Origin: Tubulanus polymorphus
Lineage: Eukaryota > Animalia > Nemertea
Reading direction: 5' to 3'
Assembly: GCF_964204645.1 (NCBI RefSeq)
Contig: NC_134031.1
Span: 8,308,001 to 8,372,000 of the forward strand
Length of the DNA stretch: 64,000 nt
Under the pieces are notes generated by a model. The model saw nothing but the letters and a program-made list of their open reading frames with translations. It searched no databases and was not told where the DNA came from. Shown one piece after another: positions 47,931-59,900 of the stretch (its first letter is position 1; each line of letters starts with the position of its first letter). Both the position numbers and the translations under genes were made by a program.

Positions 47931-50900
47931 ATGTCATTTTATGAGAGTCATTCGTCATTTCTCTTGTTCATCTGCCTGATCATTGGGGCATCAACGGATG
48001 ATGACACAATCCCACATCTATTGGAACGCGGGTCCGAAGAACCGGGGTTACCTGCAGCTTTGAGACGAGCCGTAGACGAGCTCAGAAATGGTACGACGAA
48101 GTTCAACTCGTCAGCGACCTGCTTGACGGATATAGAAACAATGCTGGGAGCCTGGTTACATCGAAAACCATGGAGTTTGTCGAGTATGTATCAGTAGATT
48201 GTATCGTAATCACGAGGTCTTAGGTTTTAACAGGGCTGCGTTTTTATGCCGATCTAAGACTTAGATAGCTGTACTTTCGATATATTCGAAAATCTTATCG
48301 CTGAGATAAAGCTATAAATAGCTATAAAGCTATAAACAATATATATATAATAAACAAATATGCAACAAATAAATGCTTTAAGCCGGCGACACTACGACAT
48401 GATGTCATTATTAATAGTGAATAAGTTGTTTCAGACCAGAGGTAGAGAGGTCGAGCTCATAAAAAAATAAAAAATAAATTCTCGCATGCTCTAATTTATC
48501 TTTTATTTTTTACTCACTCTACCTCTGATATGAAACAACTTATTCCCTATTACTCTTATATTTATATATGCATATTTATATAATACAGTAGTAATTCAAA
48601 TATAATAATTTTAATCTTAATAAAAAATTATATATTAAAATGGAGAGTAAACAATCACAAAACAATTTAAACTTTATTAAAGAGATTAAAGATACTACAA
48701 ATGTCAAATCAGTAGATTATAAATTCAAAATAACAAAATTAGCATTACATAAAAAAATAACATCACAAATATTTAATTACAAATATTGAAACAATTACTA
48801 ATAGATATGGTAATAGATTAGTCATTCACTTAGAATATGAAGGATTAAAATATAGATTATACGTTGATTCTAGAAAACTGCATAATCAAAAATCACATAA
48901 TTTACATATACAATTAGATAGAGAATTTAAAAATTGTGTTGATTTAAAATTAGTAAATATTAGTTTATGTAATTCTTTTTATAATATTTCAAATAAAACT
49001 ATTGAAGATAATGCTTTTTTAATTTTCATTAAAAATAAAAACCAATTGGTTACTTTATATCTAAGACCAGGATTATAATCTAGAAATTTATAATTTATAA
49101 TTTAGAAACATTAGAGCAAGAAATTAATAGAAGAGCACGGTTGAAAATTAGAAGTGATGATAAATTTTTAATTAGATTTATGAAAAGTGATAGCAGTGAT
49201 AGTGAATGAAAATAAAGTTAGATGATGAAAATGAACATTCTTTTATTATAAAAAACCAATAGCTAAATTCTTAGGAATTAAACCAGATATTGTTACAGGA
49301 AACGTAGAAGGTAGATCAAATATAATGCCTTTTACACACTTTTACATTTATTGCAATTTAATTGACCCAACGAAAACATTCGAGGCAACTAAAGATACAA
49401 CTTGTAATTCTAGTATATTAAATATTTTACCATTATTATTTTACCGTTAAACAATTTGGAACGCAGATAGATTATAATTAAGCTGAGTGTGATTTCAAAC
49501 CATGCATTCCTCAATTTGATAATTTTAAGTTAGAAATTAGAAATCACAATGGATACTTAATTGATTTGAATAACTTTCCTGTGATATATGAATTAGTTGT
49601 AAGATGAAGAGAATAATCAATAATTTTTTTATAATAATAAATATGAATATAACAGTAGGACCGAGTATATGTTTTGGGTTTGATTTTAAACATGGTAAAG
49701 AAAGGAGAGTTAAACTAAATGATGTAATCACTGATATTAAAAGTAAATCATTTAATAATGCATCAATGATTAATAAAGAAAATTATAATATAGAAAAAGT
49801 AATTGATTTAAAATATCTTTAGAATATTATGAATTAAATGAAGATGGAATTATTGATGATATTAGAAATATATAATCTAAAATATATGATAATCATAAAA
49901 GTAGCTATGAAATAAATGTTGAAATAATTATAAATAAGATAACTAAATATTTTGAAGAAGGTGATTTTTTGATAAATAAATGAGTGATAATAGGTGGATA
50001 ATAACTGGTTTACATAATGGAGTATTACTATCAGTGGGAACGGTTGGTTATACAATGATATTTAAAATGGGAAGTATTAATGTTGATAGATTTGATATAA
50101 ATGATATTTTAAAATTAACGTTAGCAGTTACTTTATCTAATTCAACTATTGATTATTTGGAAAAACAAAAATATATTCGTCCTATAAATGCATAATTTTT
50201 GTTAAATAAATGGCATCTGCAATTATAACTATTATAGGATCTGCAATTGTTAACGCTTTAGCTTTTACTGTTGGTGGATATTCATTTAAGCATATTGATA
50301 AAAATGGATCATTATCAGAACAAAAAAGACATAACTTAGCGTTAGAAAAATATAATAAAGCAGCAAAAGAATATAGAGAAAAAAGACAAAATTATATGGA
50401 TTATATTAATCAAGAATTATATAATCAGAAAATTTTACATACAGATTTTCAATCAGTCGATGATGCTTTGTGTTTAAATAACGCAGCAACAAATAAAGAA
50501 AAATTACATCTATATAAACCTACAATATCAGATTATTATGCACCAAGTAATGAACTGAAGAAATATAAAATAATTTGGATTTAAGGTGGAACTGTTATTG
50601 TTATATTTGTAGCATATAACTTTAGAAATTAATCATATATTATTTTTAAATAAATGGATGATAAAGTTGATAATATTGATATCATTCCTCATGATATAAA
50701 TAAAACTAAATTAAAATCATATTTGGAAAAACAAATATTAGAATTTGAAAGTGACTTAATGATAAAAAAATATTTAGAATCTAAAATTATATATTATTTT
50801 ATTATAAGTGGTTCAGTTACAATTAGTTATGTAATAAAATTTCAAGCAATATTCTCGCCATTAACACCTTTAGCTATATCAATTGGTGTGCTAGGTTTAA

Positions 50901-53900
50901 GTTCTAGTGTATTGACTGGCGTAAGCTCTAAATTGAATGTAAAAAGTAGTAAAGAAAAATGAAATCTAATATAAAAGAAATTAATAAATCAAAAAATACA
51001 TTAGATTATATAATTAGTTTAAATGGGAATAAAACAATTGGAGAGCAGGATACATCATTAAAAGAATCAATAAACTTATTAAGTTTTTTATTATATAAAT
51101 GGGGTTTCCAAAAGCTTTCCGATATAAAAAATCAATTAGATACAATATTCCTGCAATAGATTTTATTAAAAATATTTCATATAAAAATTTAGTTTTAAAT
51201 TCATTAATCAATTTAGAAATTTATATTACTGAAACAAAGTTTTTATTTCTAGAATGGAAAATATATTTAATACATATGAAGTTACTTTTACTCGCGATGA
51301 ATATAATATATATACAATAAAATCTAATATGAAATATTGGCAGAATCAATTAAATTTTGCTGTTTATTTTGTGCAACAACAGGATGTGGTATAAGTTGGA
51401 ACAATTATCTTAATAACTTAGATAAAAATTTGAATTATTCTGATTTAAAATTAATTCACACAATATATATTTCACACATATTTTCAAATTAGAATTATAT
51501 TAAATGAATTTGAATGTCCTTTACCTGGATCTAAATATTTTAAAGAATTGGATAATGAAATTAATCTATCTAAGTTTTATCAAATATGTAATGAATTTAA
51601 TATAAATAAATATAGATAATTCAGATTTTAGAGCGCATGGTAAATTACATGGTGTTGGTGAACAGTTTGAAAAGAAAGAATTGATTATATGCTTAGACTT
51701 GGCGCTTATCATAATTATAAAATTGATAATAATAATGGTTGGACCATACTTCATAGACCTAGTCGATGTCTTAGATCTACGAATCAAGTTATTCTGTCTC
51801 ATGTACCTATTAATACAATATTTTTACGGTGAAAAAGCTTTTGCTTCGGCTGCTCCAATTTTATGGAACAATCTGCCCCCTTATTTACGCAGTTGCACAG
51901 ATATTGATGAATTTAAATCTGGTGTGAAAACCTACCTTTTTAAACAACATTTTATTGAAATGTAATATGATAATATGTATATTTTATGTAAACCGCTCTA
52001 AGACGCAGTGGTGAGCGGTATGAAATAAATGTTATTGTTATTGTTATTGTTATTGTTATTGTTATTGTTATTGTTATTGTTATTGTTATTGTTATTGTTA
52101 TTGTTATTGTTATTGTTATTGTTATTGTTATTGTTATTGTTATTGTTATTGTTATCTTCCTGAGTAACCATTAACTTTTCTGTATGAATATGATTTTCAG
52201 GTTTTATTTTTTTTTGATAGTTTGATAATTCTTCATGTGTTACAGTTTTATGTTCGGGACAGTATGCTAGATTTTTAGATTTAAATGTAGTATGTTCAGG
52301 ATATTCCAAGTCTACAACAAAGAAGTATCCAGTATCTGAATCATCTGCAATATCTAGAATTCTTTTCTTCCAATCAAATTTATCATTATTTTCATACTGT
52401 AAAACGTCAGTTATTTCAAATACTCCATAAGGCTGAGGCTCCATCATTGCCCAACCATATAGATTATTTGCATCTATATATAATAAATTATAACCAGGAT
52501 TATCATTTACATTGAAATTTCTATCACCTAATACACCTGAAACACCTCCTCTTATAGATTTTTCTACATAATAATAATTGATCTCCATCTTTATATCTGT
52601 AGATTTCAAACCACAATCCCAAGTTAATCCTGGACTAGAATAGCAATGACATGGATCAATATTAAAATATTTTAGATTTACATCTCTAAACCTTTCAAAT
52701 ATATCAGTTAATAATAATACATCTGATTGTAATATAAATCTACTACTAATTGTCCATGATTTTTTATTTTGAAATGATTCCAAATATTCAATGATCTATC
52801 ATAAACTTCACATCTTTAGCTTATTCATTTTTTAATTCATCATAGAATTGTTCTTTTAACAATTCAGTTATATTAAAATCATTATGATTTTTATAAAATG
52901 AATGTGGAATTGCTCCTTTACATCTCATTAATTGAAAATCATCATTATTTGGATAATGTTGTTTTAATATTTTTAATTCATCATCAACTAGTGATTTTTT
53001 TATAAATTATCTAATGAACTAATTAAAAATCTATATGAATCTATAAATCTTAGACATCCAAATTGGAAAGATATATAATTCTCAGATGTTACCCTGATGA
53101 ATTATGAAATATAACTGGAAGAAAATTGATTTTCTTAGCTTGTAAGTTACAATTCTCATGCGCTGCACCTCTACATTTACTATTCAAATGATCATGATCT
53201 CTTACTTTTTTATCAGATGAATAGAATACTTGATTACAATAATAACATATATCTGCAAAATCAAATTCTTCTTTATCTTGTTCTGTCATTATAATTTCTA
53301 CATTTGTATCTAATAGTTTACTAAACATCATTTCATATTCAATAAATAAGTCAAAAAAAATGATTGATAACATTTTCATTTCTATAATAATAATATTCAC
53401 TTTTAATTAGTTCTGGATAATCATGATTATCACATAATTGTTTATGATTTAATAATGCACTTTCATTACTGAATTTAGTAATACATTATCTACATAGATA
53501 TATTTTATCATTTAAATCATTTAAATTTTTGGTATTTGTTTAATTCTAACAGGATAACTGTCTATCTTATAATTATTTTCAAATTGTTTATAATTTGATA
53601 CTCTACAAATATTATCAGTTGCAGGACGTAAACAACTTATAATTGTCCATAGAAAACATTTATCATCAAAATTTTGAACATTGATAACAGCATTAGTTTT
53701 AAATGGTAATTTGATATAACTCGATGCTCCAATATCTGGTTCTTTATAATATGATAAATTATTTTCATCTATTGGTTTCGATTTAGTTAACTTATTATAT
53801 TTTGTGTTATACACATGTAAAGTCATAAATATTATTTCATCAAATATTAAACCAGATCCTTCAAAATATTTCTATTCTATTTCATTTGTTACTTCATTAT

Positions 53901-56900
53901 AACATTTATTTAATTTATCATCTATATGTTGTTTTGAAATAATAAGTTGTGAATGAGAATTTATATTATATATTGGTTTATCTTCAGATTTTATAAATTT
54001 TACTTTATTAGATATACTAATTTTAGGATATTCTATGTCTGTAATTATTTTTATTATATCTTTCATATTTCCTGAATGTTTTTTATTTTCTTCTAATAAT
54101 TTGCCCTTATAAAATATAAATTCAATAGCAGCTGGTCCAATATCACTTTTAAATGCTTCAGTAATTTCAATATCTTTTTTATCATCTAATGAATCAATAT
54201 AATTTCTAACATCTTCCATGTATGGTCTTTTAACGTTTAATTTATTTTTTATTCTTTAAATCATGCCTTGTTTCTTATTGATATCTTTATCAAAATAATC
54301 TTCACCTAAAATATCATTATTAATATTTCTAATATGACTTTTAGATTTTAAATGTTGTTCATAATATCTTTTGTTACTGAATGATTGATTACATGTATCA
54401 CATTTATATATTTGTTTTTCATTCTTTAATTCATCTAATTTAGTTTCTAATATATCATCTTTATATTCTAATTTCAATTTATTCTCTAAGTGAGATTTAG
54501 TTTTATTATGTCTTGCTTTTTGAGATTTATCTATATTGATTTTACATGTTGGACAGTAGTACTTCTTATTTTCTTCCATTTTAATATCAAATTTTTATCA
54601 AAATTGATTTTATATTATTCGAAATCAATATCATGGTGCCCTTTTTCGTTCTTACCTTTGTATATGAAATAGAAATCACCAGAACACGCTTCTTCTAGAT
54701 CTTCACTAGATAATCTATGAAATCTATCTGGTAAATGCGTTCTGAATTTGTATTTATTTCCTTTTAATCCTTCATATTCTAAGTGAATAACTAATTTATT
54801 ACCATATCTTTTAGTAATTGTTTCAATATTTGTAATTGAATATTTCTTATGCAATGGTAATTCCGTTAACTTTTTGAATTTATAATCTACTGATTTGACA
54901 TTTGTAGTATCTTTAATCCTTTTAATAAAGTTTATATTGTTTTGTTATTGTTTATTGTTTATTTTTACTGTCATTCATTTTTTGTTCAATGATGATGGAT
55001 ACATGTATATTCAATTCGTTAATTCCTTCTTTATCAACATTTTGTTCTAGTGTTTGATGCATCCGGTAAACCTAACAGCGATAATCTTATAACATTTGGA
55101 AAGTACGACCAATGCCGCAGTGTTGTCATCAACGAAACAGATGTCAGTTTTGATGCGCAGTACTGCTACTCGAAATTCCGTCTTGCTACGACGAAAGTTG
55201 TAAGTAAGGCTACCGATCTAGCAAAATGCTTTATTTGCAATAAGAATTTTTCTGACAACATGGTTTTTACGAAAGGCAAATTCTATATTTTACAGGACGT
55301 TCCCCTCTTATATTCGTATTACGGAACTTGTCTTCCTAGAAGATGCAGCGTCTACGATACACAAAACCTCGTCAATACTAGTCAGTAAAAAGAAATAATA
55401 AAATAATCTATTGTGTTACGGAATATTCTGCAAAAATAAGATGCATTCCTATACATTGCTCTATGCCATTAGTGCGATAATTGACAGTCAGTCTATTTAA
55501 AGTCTGTCTGACCTGATAAAAATCCATTCGATGTTGGAGAACATGTCCTGATTTTGCATTCCAGTCCAAATTTGCCCTCGAATCACGACTGGTGACACCT
55601 GGCGCTGGAATGAGATCAACTACAGATTGGCATAAATTGAGGTGTTTTTTTAGAAGTTTTGACGTAAAATTGGGCATTTCGTTTGCCACGATTGCAGTAT
55701 GAGGTCGCTAATCACTAACCGCCAATTGCGGAAGGTCCTTGAATGCCTACTGATTAGCCGCGATCACAGGAGACGATTTGGCCCGGGCCAAATTGGCACG
55801 GATCAATCAGGCTCGAGCCAAAAACTTTGCCCGTGCCTAATTAGAGAGCGCGTTCACGCGCAAACCATTCCCTCGATACTAAACAATGCTCAAACAAAGC
55901 GAAGTGGTTCATTTCCGGGACCAGTTGCAGTTCAAACGCGATCATTTGTCTGGTGCTAAAATTTGGTCGGACGTTCGGGCAATATCTAGCCCGGGCCAAA
56001 AAAGCTCGTGTGATCGCGGCTATTATTTTTATTGCAAACCTGGTTGCCGTTACAATCGACATCAGTCATTTTGACATCGTAAATCGCGCATCCTCTGTAC
56101 GGTATTTAAAATTCCGAACCAAATCGACAACGGCTGGTGACAATTGACCATAATGGCGTCAATTAACCATAACGACATAACGCTTAATCGTCTCACAATA
56201 ATGCCTCTTGGCTTATCGATTTCAGTTTGATTTGCCCTTGAAGAAACCTTGATGGGAATGTTATTTTTCAATGTTTCTTTCTTTACATGCAATCAATATA
56301 AAATATCATACGTTAGAATCGATTTATCTTACAGTTGTTGGTAACTTCGGAGTGAACACTACGGCTACGCCAGCCCACACCACTTGTAAAAGTAAACAGA
56401 AACCAAAATTCTCTGCAGGTCATTGGATTGTCATGTAAGACGTTATCATAATTTCCGAGACCTAAATATTTACTTTGTAATACGACCGAATAACATATAG
56501 TTATTTACTATAATCATTTACTACCCCCTTTAGTTTTATTTTCGGTTCTGTGGGTATTTTTATCGCTGCTGCGACTGTTTATGATTTGATATTGAGAAAA
56601 CGTCGTCGAGAAATCACGGATGATCCATCGGATGGGGTGGAGATGAAATTGGATACGCTAGAGACGGGAAACGTCGTCGACGAAACGAGAATTGAAAATG
56701 TTTCCAATGAGAACAGCGCGAACGCAGTGAAAACCAACAAAACAAACCCAAAATCTACGAGTAAGTTATTTTTTGCCCATTTGGGGCTTTAGTCCAAGCG
56801 GGCTATTGCGTTCACTTTTCGTTCGTCGTCCGTCGTTCTGTTATTTTGGGAAGTTTTGAAGACGCTTCAATGGATTGTCTTGATCTTTGGTTTATACATG

Positions 56901-59900
56901 TTTCTACCCTACGTAGATACATCAATTGCCCGAAAACTGATACGATCGGAATCAAGGCCGCCTGTCAGCCATTGATGTTCCCCAAAATCAGCACTTTGTA
57001 CACATTTTGAAGCATTCTTGGGGGATTTTGAAAACGCTTTGATCAATTATCTTATGTTTGTCGCCTCCCTAGTTGCATTAGCATGACACAAATAAGATGG
57101 CCGTCGTGTGACCTTTTTGTGTCCAAAAGGTCATTTTTGCCCTGAATTCGAAGACCTGTAAGTTCCGGTTGGTTTGCCATTTTCCTCGATAGTTTTGATA
57201 GTTATACTTCGAGGAGGGCTCTTAAACATTCCGGACAGATTCGCAAAAACGAAATAACCGTTTTTGCGCGCTTAAAGTTTGTTTTTGCGCGGTAAGATTT
57301 GTATTTGCGCACAAAAGATTTGTTTTTGCGCGGTCGTCAAGTAGCTCGAAAAAATATATATTCAAATGATTTACGCGCGCTACTATGATGTCATGCTGTC
57401 GCCATCTATTAGATTAAACAGTAACGAAAGAAATAATCTATGTAGTCGTATTATATGGTGGCTGATTCGGGCCATGTAAAATTTTTTTTTTCGTCCTCCA
57501 CGAAAACGCGCAAAAACAAATATGACCGCGCAAAAACAAATATTACCGCGCAAAAACAAACTTTTAACGCGCAAAAACGAAATAATCCGTTTTTGCGCGC
57601 TAAATCTTTGTTTTTGCGCGCGCGCAAAAACGAATATTTGTTTTTGCGCGCGCGCAAAAACAAATATTACCGCGCAAAAACAAACTTTTAACGCGCAAAA
57701 ACGAAATAATCCGTTTTTGCGCGCTAAATCTTTGTTTTTGCGCGCGCGCAAAAACAAATATTACCGCGCAAAAACAAACTTTTAACGCGCAAAAACGAAA
57801 TAATCCGTTTTTGCGCGCTAAATCTTTGTTTTTGCGCGCGCGCAAAAACGAAAGTTTGTTTTTGCGCGCGCGCAAAAACAAATATTACCGCGCAAAAACA
57901 AACTTTTAACGCGCAAAAACGAAATAATCCGTTTTTGCGCGCTAAATCTTTGTTTTTGCGCGCGCGCAAAAACGAATATTTGTTTTTGCGCGTGCGCAAA
58001 AACAAAGATTTTGCGCGCAAAAACGGATTATTTCGTTTTTGCGCGTTAAAAGTTTGATTTTGCGCGGTAATATTTGTTTTTGCGCGCGCGCAAAAACAAA
58101 CTTTCGTTTTTGCGCGGGCGCAAAAACAAATATTCGTTTTTGCGCGCGCGCAAAAACAAAGATTTAGCGCGCAAAAACGGATTATTTCGTTTTTGCGCGT
58201 TAAAAGTTTGTTTTTGCGCGGTAATATTTGTTTTTGCGCGGTCATATTTGTTTTTGCGCGTTTTCGTGGACGAAAAAAAAAAATTTTACATGGCCCGAAT
58301 CAGCCACCATAGTATTAAAAGGAAAACTAACTAAAATTTACGACCCCTTGATAAATACAAATAATTTATGCATATATCGCTTGTTATTGTCTTCGATTGA
58401 TCACAATACAATGGGGTATATTGAGCTTGAAAATACCGATAGTTGAATTTGATTGACCGGCAACCAGTCTAGCCCCATTATATATTGATGACGTAGGCAC
58501 ATCAGCCCACACACAACCATATTAATAACGCGTGGTAGTTATTAATGCATATTAACATATAATAACGGTTTTTACGGTGTCACAAAACCTTTTAGAAAAA
58601 TATCGGCGTAATTTTCTGCTAGTTTTCTACAATACATATAGAGATTCATCTTCATTTCTCAGAGATTCATTTTCTGAGAGACATCTAGCAGAAAATTGAA
58701 TTGGAATCTGCAGCATTTGGTACGAATGTGTTAGATAGAAATACCGTGCACGCAAACTTTCAGCGCGCAAAAACGGATTATTTCGTTTTTGCGCATTGTA
58801 GCTGAATAAAAAAAAATTACCTGTGCGTGAAATATTTACCTGTGCGTGAATTATGAAATAGATTTGATTTGTATGTATTTCAGTTGTTTAACTCGCTCAG
58901 TCAAATATCAAATATCAATCTACAGCTATGCATAGTACCGGGCCCTCAGTTTGATTTCTCGAGAATGTATTATCGATCCACCAGTTTTATTTTCAAATGT
59001 GTTTCTTATTTCATTTCATTCGCAGTCGTTGGCAAGGATGTTATTCTTGCTTTCTCAGCTTACAGCAACCTACTTAAATTAGTGTCACTTGAATCGAGCA
59101 GCGAAACGATCAACTGCCTTCACGGAATTAGATTTATCACCATGTTCTGGATAATACTTGGTCACACGTTTTATAGTTACTTCCTTTTTGTCCCGTCTGG
59201 TAAGTTGTTAGATGCAGACCAATATTCACGTTTTCAGAAGATGAAATAGCTTTTGACGTTCTCTTTATAATTGTATTGCTTAATACAAAACTCATGGTTA
59301 TCGCACGGCATTCTCTCTGCAATATGCTTGACATATCAGACGGTTTCATCTTGACTTCTGGAAAATAGAGTTTTATTTTCAGAAGAAAAAAAGTGGATGA
59401 AAAGAAGAACAAAAGTGAATTTATTCTGTATGTCTTTCAAATTCTTTTCAGAAAATTTCGTTGAATTCGGTACATCATTGCTGAAAAGCAAGTCGTTTCT
59501 GATTGTCTATGCAGCCTTTTTTTCGGTCGACACATTTTTCTTTCTGAGGTTGGGATATAAACACGGATTTACAAAATTTGGAAAATGTTTTTAGTTTGCC
59601 GAAGAGAACTAAAATATCGGACGTCATATATTAATTCTTTTCAGTGGCTTAGTTTTAACATACATATCAATGAAGAAGATGGTAGACAGTGGAGGACCTA
59701 AAAACATCAATTGGTTTATGTTTTACTTTCACAGGTTCTGGAGGTGAGCAAAATATTCGTCATGGTGCATCGTACCTTTTTACCGTTACCTGTCAACTAT
59801 CTAACGAGCTTTCTCGTCGCGTGACGATGCGGTTGGCGCATGGCATATATACCTGGGTGTCTTCCCATTTCTCCTCCAATCTATTCCCATTTTGCCCCTT

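Larger units (their letters stand above)
48587..54969. mobile_element. Decayed Polinton/Maverick-like (adintovirus-like) endogenous viral element, centrally deleted, in NRF-6 intron 1
   Basis: Abrupt, very AT-rich, intronless gene-dense block; AGTAGT at 48587; inverted repeats ~48645-48850 / 54762-54955; protein-primed PolB on -, penton-like and small ORFs on +. Confidence 0.9.

Noticed and set aside
51998-52155. Poly-asparagine C-terminus on PolB
   Set aside because: Antisense reading of the L2 (GTTATT)n tail.
57383-58446. RARKNK-repeat ORFs
   Set aside because: Translations of the palindromic MITE.
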